Below, piece by piece: positions 29,017-38,952 of a DNA stretch of 64,000 nt; within the stretch, counting starts at the first letter, position 1, and the number at the start of each line of letters is the position of its first letter. Under the pieces are notes generated by a model. The model did not search any database. It was not told the origin of the DNA and saw only the letters and a program-made list of their open reading frames with translations. The stretch is from an uncultured Candidatus Saccharimonadales bacterium (GTDB lineage: Bacteria; Patescibacteriota; Saccharimonadia; UBA4664). The stretch is from NCBI GenBank assembly GCA_964467655.1, contig CAYXSN010000002.1, forward strand, positions 27,327-91,326, written 5' to 3'. The translations under genes and the position numbers were made by a program.

Positions 29017-31173
29017 TTAGCGATTAATCCTGGTCTGGCCCATCAAGCGTCGGATGATCCCGTCACCGATCTGCTCGGCATATTTGTCCGCAACCAATGG
29101 GCTTGTGATGTTCGCGCCGTCTAGGTTGACGGTAACTTGTGTGCCGCCACCGCTACCAGCCGTGCTAACCCGGCCAGCCACCATCTTAGAAGTCTCGTAG
29201 GTGTTGTACACATTTGAGCCACTTGGCAACGAGATAAGCTCTGGCCCATGCTCACCGACCATAGCCAGACCTCCTGCGAAGCCACGAACACCCGATGCAA
29301 AGCCGGGGATATGCAGGTTGTGCAACAGGTTCGCATTTGGCAGGTTAAGTAATTTCGCACCATAATCCGCAATTTTGCCAATCAGACCGCTCCAGCTATT
29401 CGCGGAATCGTTCACCTTACGCTTAGATTCGTCGAGCTTGGCGTTCAGGTTGTTCTGAGCGTTGGCGACCTTGTCGGAAGAGTCCTTAACTTGGTTCTGA
29501 GCGTCTTTTACAGCGTTGTTGGCATCTTTTAGCCGGTTGTTGGCACCCTCGAGATTGTAGGCCGCCTGACGTGCTTCAAGGCTGGTAGGGCCATACTGAC
29601 GTACTGCTTCATTGTAGCTACGCTGAGCTTGTTCGACCGCCAGTGACGCACCCTGCTCGTCATATTGGGCATTCTTCAGCCTATCGCTGGCCTCTTTCGC
29701 CTCATCCATTGCGCGAGCTAAGTCACGCTTGGCATCAGCGGTCTGCTTGGCCTGCATTGCGTTGCTGAATAATGCCTGTGTCAGCGTACCAACCACGCCA
29801 ACTACCGGGTATGCGGCACCCAAGAATGTCACAACGCTCTTGCCCCACGTGTCCCAATGCTGGACTGCAAGCACCATGATCGCCACCAGCGCACCAATTG
29901 CCGCACCGATTGCCAATACCGGCCATGTCGCCGCAACAGTTGCCACTGCCGCAGGGATGGCAGCCGCCGCCCACGCGACGAAGGATGGTACGAGCGTTGA
30001 AAGAACGGCGGCGGCAAATGCACCGATTCCGGCTGCCAACGGGATAATGACCGCCTGTAAAACGTTCGCTTTATCGGCCATCAGTTTGATAATGGCACCC
30101 ACGGCGGCACCGGCGGCTATGAACGGGATGAGGGGAGCCAAAGCCGTCCAAACCGATACGCCTAGTGCTGCGAACGCGGGGACAAGACCACCGACTATTG
30201 CGCCGACGATGATGGGCGCGTTGTTCTTCATCCAGCCAAATGCCGCCATGATCTTTGGCTCCAGTTCGGAGAGCTTCTGGGTAATGACCGGGATCATTCG
30301 GCTCATCGAATCAAATAATCCACCCGGTTTGACGACTAAGCCAAGCTGCGGATCGACCTGAACGCCCAATAATCGACGGCCAAATTCCATCACGCTATCT
30401 TTTAGCGTACTTAGGCGGCCATTAAATGTCTCCGCCAGCTTAGTTGTACCTTGAAAGGCAAATTGACCGCTCTGGCCTGCTTTCTCGAACGCCTTATTGA
30501 ACACTTCAAGACTAATGCCTCCGCTTGCCCAGATGTCCTGTAGCTTGGAGGTGTCTACGCCGACGTTTTTAAGCATTTTGCCAATCGGCACCCCCATATC
30601 AATCAACTGGTTAAAGTTCTCGGCCTGCAAGCGTCCGGCACCAGTCACTTGGCCGAATACCACGGCTAGATTCTTCAACGGGCTTCCAGTGACGGCGGCG
30701 ATGTCGCCCAACTGTCGCATTTTGCCCATAACTAGATCTTCATTGATGCCGAATCCTAGTAGGTTTTTGCCAGCGGCTGCGATTTCCGGAAACTCAAAAG
30801 GCGTGTTATTAGCGTATGCAGCGAGCTGTCCGAATAATTTATTGGCTCGGTCGGTGTTGCCGATCAACACCTTGAACGAGTCGCTGGTCTGCTGCAGGTC
30901 GGCCGCACTCTTTACCGCAACGCCGCCCAGCGCTGCAGCCGAACCGACGACAACGGTTAAGATGCCTGCAAGCTTTTGGCTGCTATCGATTGCCGCCGCC
31001 ATGCTTTTCTGCATGTGAGCGGTTGCGCCCTCAACCTGATTCGCAAAATTCTGAACGGACGCTAGACCAGTTTTTAGTCCGTCTGTTTTTGCCACGAGCG
31101 AGACGATTATTGAACCTAAGTTGAACGCCATACTACACCTCCTGAAGCGGAGGAATTGAGCGCACAAACACAA
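29017..31173 (-). CDS. phage tail tape-measure protein
   Basis: About 700 aa. N-terminal TP901-type TMP core region. Central hydrophobic/Gly-Ala-rich segment. C-terminal coiled coil (NAVKDAQNQVKDSSDKVANAQNNLNAKLDESKRK). Likely true start is MAFNLGS at 31131. Confidence 0.8.
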   Translation of the reverse strand: MCLCAQFLRFRRCSMAFNLGSIIVSLVAKTDGLKTGLASVQNFANQVEGATAHMQKSMAAAIDSSQKLAGILTVVVGSAAALGGVAVKSAADLQQTSDSFKVLIGNTDRANKLFGQLAAYANNTPFEFPEIAAAGKNLLGFGINEDLVMGKMRQLGDIAAVTGSPLKNLAVVFGQVTGAGRLQAENFNQLIDMGVPIGKMLKNVGVDTSKLQDIWASGGISLEVFNKAFEKAGQSGQFAFQGTTKLAETFNGRLSTLKDSVMEFGRRLLGVQVDPQLGLVVKPGGLFDSMSRMIPVITQKLSELEPKIMAAFGWMKNNAPIIVGAIVGGLVPAFAALGVSVWTALAPLIPFIAAGAAVGAIIKLMADKANVLQAVIIPLAAGIGAFAAAVLSTLVPSFVAWAAAAIPAAVATVAATWPVLAIGAAIGALVAIMVLAVQHWDTWGKSVVTFLGAAYPVVGVVGTLTQALFSNAMQAKQTADAKRDLARAMDEAKEASDRLKNAQYDEQGASLAVEQAQRSYNEAVRQYGPTSLEARQAAYNLEGANNRLKDANNAVKDAQNQVKDSSDKVANAQNNLNAKLDESKRKVNDSANSWSGLIGKIADYGAKLLNLPNANLLHNLHIPGFASGVRGFAGGLAMVGEHGPELISLPSGSNVYNTYETSKMVAGRVSTAGSGGGTQVTVNLDGANITSPLVADKYAEQIGDGIIRRLMGQTRINR

Positions 31174-31253
31174 AGAAAGGCCTTGAGCGATGTGCGCTCA
31201 ATTCCTTCCAGATATATCTATTATACCGCTTTCGCTATCTGTTGGACAGGAGC

Positions 31254-31592
31254 TTAGTCAACCCGTTCGGCAGGGATGAGGTGGATCATGACCTCGCTCA
31301 CACGGTTTGTGAGAGTCGTATCGGCGTATATGGCGCTGCGGAATATCTCAAGGCCATCGTCAAGATCTAAACCTTGAGCTTCGGTGATAGTCATCCCCGT
31401 GACATTTGCAATCATTTCTGGCATCACCTCTAGGGCCGCCACGTATACATTGTTTAGGAAGCCCTCAAAGACCGTGCGGGTTGTCGGGTCGGAAAAGTCT
31501 GCGCGTTTTAGTTCACGATGAGGGTCGATCTTGGCCCCGGCCGAATGCAAGATCGTGGCTATCTCGGCTGCGTTAAATGGTCGTACTGTCAT
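31254..31592 (-). CDS. possible tail assembly chaperone
   Basis: 112 aa acidic protein immediately upstream of the TMP on the same strand. Confidence 0.3.
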   Translation of the reverse strand: MTVRPFNAAEIATILHSAGAKIDPHRELKRADFSDPTTRTVFEGFLNNVYVAALEVMPEMIANVTGMTITEAQGLDLDDGLEIFRSAIYADTTLTNRVSEVMIHLIPAERVD

Positions 31593-31676
31593 GCCATCCC
31601 CCTTGTTCTCTCAAACATACCCTGAAGTATGCCTCGCCATCTAGTGATTTCATCCATTAGAGTGTTCCAACTAATA

Positions 31677-31693
31677 CCCTGTAGCTCCACCAT
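31677..31693. repeat. attR core, CCCTGTAGCTCCACCAT
   Basis: Exact 17-bp copy of the tRNA-Ala(GGC) 3-prime end. Confidence 0.6.
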
Positions 31694-31909
31694 TTAGATA
31701 ATTCCTATACTAAGCCAAAAATAGCGCTCGTCTTATGAAAAAGATAGGCGCTATTTGCGAATTATGGCCCCGCAAAGGTAAAAAGCGCAGTTCGAATCCC
31801 TTTTGACCTACATCCGAAATTACATATTTAGGTTCATGGGAAATCGTAAGCCAGCCGTAGTAGGCTACGGCCAATCATCTGGACGGAGCACATCTGATAC
31901 AATTTACTT

Positions 31910-32875
31910 ATGACTGAATCTGAGCAATTCTCTCCCGATCATGCTAGATCCAATTTTGAATTATCGACGTCTGATATTCCACCTGAGGTGCATCCACAGG
32001 TGGAAGCTGTCGGCCCTAACCGTGATGTGACAGGTGGCCGAGAGGAAATGGCGCGGTCTTTTTTGACACAGATGAGGGAAAGTCGGGACGCGCTCGGGCA
32101 AATACCGGGTGAAATTGAAAAAACTCCTGAGCAAATTGCGGAAATCCTTCGTATTCACACTGCAGTCATCCAGCTTGGAGACGAACTAGGCGTAAACGTG
32201 CGAGACCGGCTTCCTGAAATAAGGCATTACCATCTCTTTGGCAGTCATGAGGCGTACGTACAAGGTGCGGGCATGGTTGGCAGTGAGCAGCCAACAGAGA
32301 CTGGTGGAATGTCCGATATATCGAGGGGCATATTTTGTGAGACAAGAGACGACCCCGTGCGCGATAGAACAGGCTTTGCGCACGAGATCACCCACTTTAT
32401 CGCTCGTGGCATCTTCTACCCCACAGTACACTACGATGAAGATGGTACTGGTCACCTGGGAGGCAATTACACACATGGCTTCAGCCCGCAGTCACATGCG
32501 CTAGAAGAGTGGACGAGTGACATCGGCATGCGAATAATTCTTAGGAGAGCTGGCTACGAGGACGGCGACTGGGGCGAAAGTTATCGTCCGCTAAACATGA
32601 TAGGGGACGCGCTGGTGGCTGAAACCGCGGCAGCCAACGCTGAAAGTATCGAGGCAGTAGAAAAACTATTGGTGCGAGGAAAGTTTACTGGCGATATGGA
32701 TGGGCCCCGATTAATGACCCGCGCGATTGGCCATGACCGGATGCAGCGATTTATGCAACTCCACGAGTGGTCCGATCCAGCTACTCTAGCCGAAGCCGCA
32801 ACCCAGATGTTACTGCCTGAGGTAGCCGAGAGGATTCGCACCATGTATCCCGATTCATCGTCGCACACGGAATAG
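31910..32875 (+). CDS. hypothetical protein with HExxH (FAHEITHF) zinc-metallopeptidase-like motif
   Basis: 321 aa. Single HEITH motif with a downstream Glu-rich region. Sits between attR and the third tRNA-like repeat. Confidence 0.35.
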   Translation: MTESEQFSPDHARSNFELSTSDIPPEVHPQVEAVGPNRDVTGGREEMARSFLTQMRESRDALGQIPGEIEKTPEQIAEILRIHTAVIQLGDELGVNVRDRLPEIRHYHLFGSHEAYVQGAGMVGSEQPTETGGMSDISRGIFCETRDDPVRDRTGFAHEITHFIARGIFYPTVHYDEDGTGHLGGNYTHGFSPQSHALEEWTSDIGMRIILRRAGYEDGDWGESYRPLNMIGDALVAETAAANAESIEAVEKLLVRGKFTGDMDGPRLMTRAIGHDRMQRFMQLHEWSDPATLAEAATQMLLPEVAERIRTMYPDSSSHTE

Positions 32876-32978
32876 ACCGGTAACGATAATATGGCCGGGG
32901 CAACCCGGCGGCACTAACGTTTGCGCATATATCGACGAAAGATGAATTAAAGAAACCCCTGCAATTTAACGAAATCTA

Positions 32979-33200
32979 TCATTTGCTGAGCCAACACTCA
33001 CGACTTCTCATTTTCTTGAAAATGGGAAGTAAACTAGCAACTCTGTTGCTAGTTATAAACGGGCTCTCGATTACGGCCTCATTCATGCAATTGTTTAGAT
33101 CTCGCATAAAGGCCTTATAAAACGTCCGCTCATCGTATAGTCGGGAGGTAAGCAAGTCTGACGAGCTTGTTTTGAAGCGATTGAAGAATCGGGGTATCAT
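32979..33200 (-). CDS. small hypothetical protein
   Basis: 73 aa, AT-rich context. Confidence 0.2.
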   Translation of the reverse strand: MIPRFFNRFKTSSSDLLTSRLYDERTFYKAFMRDLNNCMNEAVIESPFITSNRVASLLPIFKKMRSRECWLSK

Positions 33201-33305
33201 AACTTTGACTCCCCATCGTCTGCATTTTCGGATTCATCCAATAGCTCTCGGATTTCTTTGATTTCCCCCTCAGGGTCATCACTCAAAGTTACATTACCGT
33301 ACCTA

Positions 33306-33319
33306 CAGCTCCACCATAA
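33306..33319. repeat. third tRNA-Ala 3-prime-end-like repeat, CAGCTCCACCATAA
   Basis: Identical 14-mer to 3686..3699, the 3-prime end of tRNA-Ala(CGC) plus 3 nt. Also 15/17 identical to the attL/attR core. Confidence 0.45.
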
Positions 33320-33405
33320 TAAAAACCCGAATAATAACTGCCCTGCGAGTCAACAGAAGATCTTTTGACGAACTGAGTAACTCCATTGTAGGGTATTATG
33401 TTGTT

Positions 33406-34797
33406 ATGAAACTCAAATCAACGAATCCCGCCTGTAATTACGAACTGATCGGTTCAGTGGATGTGTCAACTGATGCTGAAATCGCCACCAAGGTGGCTCG
33501 CGCCCAGGCTGTCAAGACTGCCTGGAAAGAGCTTGGGGTGAGTGCCCGTGTTCAATTACTAACTCCGATTCGCGATGAATTCCTGGCTCGCTCACAGGAG
33601 TTCGCCGAGCTCATCAGCCGTGAAACTGGCAAAGCACTCGCCGAAAGTAAGTCGGAAATGGATCGGTATGTTGGTAGCGAACTCACATGGTTTCTAGAAA
33701 ATGGCGAACGAGCGTTGGCCGATCAAATCACAGTAAAAGACGACGAATCACTGCACCGCATAGTTTTTGAACCGTATGGCGTTGCGGCCGTTATTTCACC
33801 CTGGAATTTCCCGGTTGGCATGGCGGTTTGGGGTATATTCCCCAATTTAATAGCCGGCAATCCAGTAGTGTTTAAGACGTCTGAAGAATGTCCGCTCACC
33901 GGTAAGCTTATGGAAGAAGTGATCCTAAACCACAATCTGCCCGACGGAGTGTTCTCTGAGGTCTATGGCTCGGGGGATGTTGGACAAAAGCTGGCACAGA
34001 GCAATGTGAACATACTGTGGTTTACGGGTAGTACCGGCACAGGCAAAAAATTATACAAAATTGCCGCCGATAAGTTTATAAAAGCCGTGCTTGAGATGGG
34101 CGGCTCCAACCCGTGTATCGTATTTGATGATGTTGATATCGCTGCCTCAGTGCCGATTATATTTAACGGGCGATATCGCAACAATGGCCAGTTCTGTAGT
34201 GCTTTGAAGCGCCTTATTATTCACGAGGATATTGCTGAAGAGTTGATTGTCAAACTTAGTAAAATCATTGAAAGCCAAAATGTAACTGAACCATTTGATC
34301 CTCAAGCCGATCATGGTAGCCTTGTCGCGAAACGACAACTGGAGTTATTGCAGGGCCAATATCAAGATGCGCTCGATAAGGGCGCCGTTGTCAGGGCTCA
34401 GACGAAACTACGATCGGGGCTCAATGGAGCATACTTTCCGCCCACGTTATTGAGTAATATCTCCAAGGACATGCGGGTTTGGCATGAGGAAGTATTTGGT
34501 CCGGTGCTTCCAGTGATGACATTCAAGACCGAGGATGAGGCCATCAAACTGGCAAATGACACGCCATTTGGTCTGGGTGCACGTGTGATGTCGGGTAGTC
34601 GAACACGAGCGAATAGGATCGCCTCCAAGATCGACGCAGGGTCGATACTGCTCAATCTAGAGACACGTCTCATCGCTGCGAATCCATTTGGAGGGTATAA
34701 ACTGTCGGGCCTAGGGAGAGAGCGAGGCGTTCACGGACTACAGGAATTATGTCAGATTAAAGCCATTCAGGATCGATCCGACCCATTCTACGGCTAG
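33406..34797 (+). CDS. aldehyde dehydrogenase family protein
   Basis: ISPWNFP motif, Glu active site LEMGGSNP, catalytic Cys FNGRYRNNGQFCSA, GSTGTG NAD-binding motif. Confidence 0.85.
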   Translation: MKLKSTNPACNYELIGSVDVSTDAEIATKVARAQAVKTAWKELGVSARVQLLTPIRDEFLARSQEFAELISRETGKALAESKSEMDRYVGSELTWFLENGERALADQITVKDDESLHRIVFEPYGVAAVISPWNFPVGMAVWGIFPNLIAGNPVVFKTSEECPLTGKLMEEVILNHNLPDGVFSEVYGSGDVGQKLAQSNVNILWFTGSTGTGKKLYKIAADKFIKAVLEMGGSNPCIVFDDVDIAASVPIIFNGRYRNNGQFCSALKRLIIHEDIAEELIVKLSKIIESQNVTEPFDPQADHGSLVAKRQLELLQGQYQDALDKGAVVRAQTKLRSGLNGAYFPPTLLSNISKDMRVWHEEVFGPVLPVMTFKTEDEAIKLANDTPFGLGARVMSGSRTRANRIASKIDAGSILLNLETRLIAANPFGGYKLSGLGRERGVHGLQELCQIKAIQDRSDPFYG

Positions 34798-34835
34798 ATC
34801 TCTGGCTCTACTGTGCTAGACAATGCGCCCTAAGC

Positions 34836-36974
34836 TCATTCGCCCAAATTTGCCCGATCTACAAACCGCTTCACAAAGCCTGGTGCCCACCAATTAGCCC
34901 GGCCCAAAATCTCCATAGTTGCCGGCACGAGTATCATCCTCACAATCGTGGCGTCAATCAGTACTGCCGCCGCCAATCCGATGCCTACCTGCTGGATGAT
35001 CGAGATTTTACTGGTCGCAAACAGCCCGATAACCACCACCAACATAACGGCCGCCGAAGTAATGATGCCTGCGGTGTGCTCCACGCCCTCAGCCACAGCC
35101 GTAGCGTTGTTGCCGGTACGGTCGTAAGCTTCTTTGATGCGCGACAACAAAAATAGCTCGTAGTCCATGGCGAGCCCAAAAGCAATCGCAAAGATCAGCA
35201 CCGGCTGGTTGGCGTCTAGGGTGCCGGTAGCGTTCAAATGCAGCAGGCCGGCCAGATGCTTATCCTGAAACAGCCACACGAGCAGTCCAAAAGCCGCCGA
35301 CAATGACAGGACGTTCAAAATCATTGCCTTGATCGGTATAACCACGCTGCCCAACATGAGTACAAACAAGATAAATGTGGTTTCGGCGATGATCAGGAGA
35401 GCCCAAGGGAGCTGCCGCTGGGTACCGCTCAGGACATCCACCAGTTCGGCCGTGGGGCCGCCCACAAATAATTGCCAGCCTCCCGGCACCGGTAGGCCTC
35501 GTACGCGGGCAATGGTGTCACGAGCTGCTTGGGATTGGGCTTCGTTGGTCTCGGGCGCTTGGATGTATACATAGTTGCCCTCGACACCCGCAACCCGGGC
35601 CGTACCAATGCCGTCTACCGCCGACAGTTTATCGAGGTATTGGCTCAGTGGTTGCTGGCGGCTGGCGTCACGAGCGGCCCCATCGGCCTGCAGCACTACC
35701 GTGACGGCACTACCACCGCTCGAGTTGAAATTGTGTTGTAAGGCATCGGTAACATACCGACTCGATAAGTTGGTAGGTACGGCCGTGCCGCCGGGCAGAC
35801 TAAATTGCACCCTCAAGAATGAAGAGCCCACTGCCAGCAATAAGCCCAAAGCCAACACCAGCATAATGACCGGCCGCCTCATCACGATATGGCTGTAGCG
35901 GTACCAAAAACCGTGCTCCACTTGGCGCGACACATGAGCATGCAAACCCGGCAGGGCCCATGAGTTGATGCGCCGTCCCAGCAATCTGAGCACCGCCATC
36001 ATGAAGGTTAAGGCCAGTACCGCTGTGGCTGCCACCACGGCTGCGCCGCCGTAGCCCATGCTTTGGAGGAAATTCTGAGGAAAGACAGTCAGGCCGAGTA
36101 GGCACAAGATAACCGTCAGAGCGCTAAAGCCCACCGTCCGGCCAGCCGTGCGCAGTGTGGTCGTCGTGGCCACCGGAACCGTCGCCCCGCCTGCTAGCTC
36201 TTCCCGGAACCGGCTGACCAAAAACAGGCTATAATCAATGGCCAAGCCTAAGCCCATGAACGTAATCACATTGATGGCGTACACCGATACATCGGTCACC
36301 GTAGTAATCAGTCGGGTCAGAGCAAACGCTACCACAATGCTGAGCGCCCCCAGCCCCAGGGGCACCAGTGCCGCCACGACGCTCCTGAAGACCAGTACCA
36401 GGAGCACTGCCAATATTGGAAAACTCAAGACTTCCGCTTTCTTGAGGTCTTCAGAGATCTGATTACTAATCTGCTGGTTGATGGTAGTTGAGCCGCCGAA
36501 ATACAATTTGACGCCGGCAACATTGTCTGGCCAACGGTCCTGGAGTGCAGCGAGGGTTTTGAGCTGTTCGCCGTCCAGCGTCCCTGCCAGGGCCAGGGCA
36601 GCAAAGGTCTGCCGGCCGTCCTGAGACACAAAGAGCGGCGAGTTGGTCGAAAAGTAACTACTTACCCTGTCGACACCACTGGTTTTGGCCACCTCGTCTA
36701 AGATGCGCTGAGCAGTCTTGGCATTGTCGCCGGTTGTCATAGTCGACCCGCCGGCCGATTCAAGCAGCAATACAACATCGGTGCGCTGGCCGCCAAATTC
36801 GCGCTCCAAGATTTGTTGGGTTTGCCATGACTCCGAAGACGGGTCGGCATATCCGCCTGAGCTTAAGTGGTCAAACACTTGGAGGCCGTATATGGCGGCA
36901 ACGAGGGTCGCCACCAGACCCAGGCTGGCTGTGAGTGCCGGGAACCGGTTAACAACTTTAGCAATACTATTCAT
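34836..36974 (-). CDS. MmpL-family RND membrane transporter (second paralogue)
   Basis: 712 aa, same architecture as 14854..16977 (GLAIDYSLF, GLAMDYELF motifs). Confidence 0.8.
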   Translation of the reverse strand: MNSIAKVVNRFPALTASLGLVATLVAAIYGLQVFDHLSSGGYADPSSESWQTQQILEREFGGQRTDVVLLLESAGGSTMTTGDNAKTAQRILDEVAKTSGVDRVSSYFSTNSPLFVSQDGRQTFAALALAGTLDGEQLKTLAALQDRWPDNVAGVKLYFGGSTTINQQISNQISEDLKKAEVLSFPILAVLLVLVFRSVVAALVPLGLGALSIVVAFALTRLITTVTDVSVYAINVITFMGLGLAIDYSLFLVSRFREELAGGATVPVATTTTLRTAGRTVGFSALTVILCLLGLTVFPQNFLQSMGYGGAAVVAATAVLALTFMMAVLRLLGRRINSWALPGLHAHVSRQVEHGFWYRYSHIVMRRPVIMLVLALGLLLAVGSSFLRVQFSLPGGTAVPTNLSSRYVTDALQHNFNSSGGSAVTVVLQADGAARDASRQQPLSQYLDKLSAVDGIGTARVAGVEGNYVYIQAPETNEAQSQAARDTIARVRGLPVPGGWQLFVGGPTAELVDVLSGTQRQLPWALLIIAETTFILFVLMLGSVVIPIKAMILNVLSLSAAFGLLVWLFQDKHLAGLLHLNATGTLDANQPVLIFAIAFGLAMDYELFLLSRIKEAYDRTGNNATAVAEGVEHTAGIITSAAVMLVVVIGLFATSKISIIQQVGIGLAAAVLIDATIVRMILVPATMEILGRANWWAPGFVKRFVDRANLGE

Positions 36975-37071
36975 AGCGCCATCATAACCTGGGAGCCGCT
37001 ATCCGGCCAGCTTTACACAAGACGCGGCTTCAGGCACTATACCATTAAGCTAAACAGGAATATAACTTTCA

Positions 37072-37359
37072 GTGAATTACGTACGCAACCAACGCGGCGT
37101 TGCCTTCATCTTGGAGCTCGTCGCCGTAGCTGTGGTTCTGGTTGTGGTTGGGTTCGCCGTATACAACGCCGTATCCAATCGCCAGACCGCCAAAGATACC
37201 AGCCCGGCTGGCCTAGCCGCCACCGCCGGCAGTATTGCCGACCAAGACGCCACCGCTGACGCCGACGTCAGTACTGCCGCCGACAGCATTAGTGGCCAAG
37301 TGTTGGCGGCCGACGCTGATTTGAGTGATTTGGGGGGCACGAGCGATGTCGATTTCTAA
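37072..37359 (+). CDS. small secreted/pilin-like protein with acidic C-terminus
   Basis: N-terminus RNQRGVAFILELVAVAVVLVVVG resembles a class-III (type IV prepilin) signal, with Glu at about +6. C-terminal Asp/Ala-rich tail. Confidence 0.3.
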   Translation: MNYVRNQRGVAFILELVAVAVVLVVVGFAVYNAVSNRQTAKDTSPAGLAATAGSIADQDATADADVSTAADSISGQVLAADADLSDLGGTSDVDF

Positions 37360-38239
37360 GCAGCCTGTGTTCGGCAAATTGTTCCAAGCAATATCATTGG
37401 TAGCCGTCTTGCTCGTGCCGGCCACCAGTCTGGCGCAAGGTGGCAATAGCGGCCCCGGCGGTGGGGGATCAGATGATACGAAAGTAGAGTTCCGCACGCC
37501 TCGATTTGAGTCAATTGAGGCCACTCGCACGCCTCGGCCGAGCAAAAGCCCGCGCCCGACGGTGGCCACCGGCCAGTTTTGTAACCGCTTCACCGATGCC
37601 AACTCGACGCTCTCGGAGGACGTTACGAGCCGCTTCAACGATCTTCAATCCAAATTCAAAGAACGCTCAGATAAAATCAAATCCGATTTTACCGACGTCA
37701 CCGACACTCAAACGACCAACCGTAAAACTGCCGACGATAAGCTGAACGCCAAATTAACCGATCTGGCCGCCAAAGCCACTACCGACGATCAAAAAGCGGC
37801 CGTCACTGAGTTTGCCGCTGCCGTGAGAGCGGCTGTTTCCGTCCGCCGCACAGCCGTTGACGCCGCCAATGCGGCCTTCAAACAGGGCTTGCTCGAAGCC
37901 AACTCGGGTCGTCAGACCACCCTCAAAGCTGCCGCCGATGAGTACAAAGCAGCAGTCGCTACAGCTCTAGCGGCCGCCAAAACCTCCTGCGCCGCCGGTA
38001 CCGATTCGGCCGCCGTCAGGCAAGCCCTCAAAGCTGCCTTAGTCGACGCCAAAACCAAGCTTGAGACTGCCCGCAAGTCGGTCACTGGCCAAGATGCCAA
38101 AGTCCAACAGTTGAAGAGCACGCGCAAAGCCGCCGTCGAGGCTGCCAACGCCACCTTCAATGCCGCCATGAAAGCCGCCCTCGACAAATTCAAAAGTGTC
38201 GTTGGTACCCCGGCACCGACAGCCACTCCCTCAACCTAA
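37346..38239 (+). CDS. secreted Ala/Lys/Thr-rich amphipathic-helix repeat protein
   Basis: Signal peptide (VAVLLVPATSLAQG); repeated about 22-aa units such as KAAVEAANATFNAAMKAALDKFK. Confidence 0.45.
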   Translation: MSISKQPVFGKLFQAISLVAVLLVPATSLAQGGNSGPGGGGSDDTKVEFRTPRFESIEATRTPRPSKSPRPTVATGQFCNRFTDANSTLSEDVTSRFNDLQSKFKERSDKIKSDFTDVTDTQTTNRKTADDKLNAKLTDLAAKATTDDQKAAVTEFAAAVRAAVSVRRTAVDAANAAFKQGLLEANSGRQTTLKAAADEYKAAVATALAAAKTSCAAGTDSAAVRQALKAALVDAKTKLETARKSVTGQDAKVQQLKSTRKAAVEAANATFNAAMKAALDKFKSVVGTPAPTATPST

Positions 38240-38468
38240 AGTATCAAATTAAAAATATCCCGGACCAACTACCACTCAGGTGGTTGGTCCGGGATTGGCA
38301 TGACGCCACCAGTCTGACTCAGCCCAACGACTGTTGCCGGTATTCCTCGTTGATCTTGCGCAAGTGCCTGAATCCACCGGCTCCGATGTACCAGATCAGA
38401 CCAGCCGCTAGGCCGCTGACTGCTCCCAGCGCGAAAAGGCGTTTGTACATGTTGTGCTCCTTACATAG

Positions 38469-38825
38469 TCAGTGGCGACTCACCCAGGCCCGACAGCTTT
38501 GCCTAAACGCCTTGATCCTGGCGACGGGCCCAGTTCGAAGTGTTGCTGCTAGCTGGTCCACAAGATAGTTGCCATCAGCTGCTCTGATCGCTTGTACATG
38601 AACTACCAGGATATCTCCTGAGAGCAGCTTGATATGAAGAGTTGTCAAATCCTTGGGGGCTGTGCCAACCGCAGCATCCATAATTGCTACGAATGCCCCG
38701 AGAAACCAATTGATGATGGTGGTCTTATCTGGCGCTGTGCTGCCACTGGCAAAGCCATCGAGCCGCTCTGCAACAGTAGGCGTCAGTTGAATGGTGATCT
38801 CTTGATTACTCATTACCGCCCTCAT
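38469..38825 (-). CDS. hypothetical protein
   Basis: 118 aa; no motif. Confidence 0.3.
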   Translation of the reverse strand: MRAVMSNQEITIQLTPTVAERLDGFASGSTAPDKTTIINWFLGAFVAIMDAAVGTAPKDLTTLHIKLLSGDILVVHVQAIRAADGNYLVDQLAATLRTGPVARIKAFRQSCRAWVSRH

Positions 38826-38952
38826 CTCTCAGAGAATGAAGCTAGCCAGTAAATGACCATTACCTATTGTGGGCAGGCAACATATGATAGATAATAACGT
38901 ACTTTATTGACATACGTCAAATAAAGTACCACATCAAGCAATCATCTGAGCA

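Noticed and set aside
29729-30361. 210-aa Ala-rich plus-strand ORF inside the tape-measure gene
   Set aside because: Antisense shadow of the Ala/Gly-rich hydrophobic core of the TMP; no independent support.
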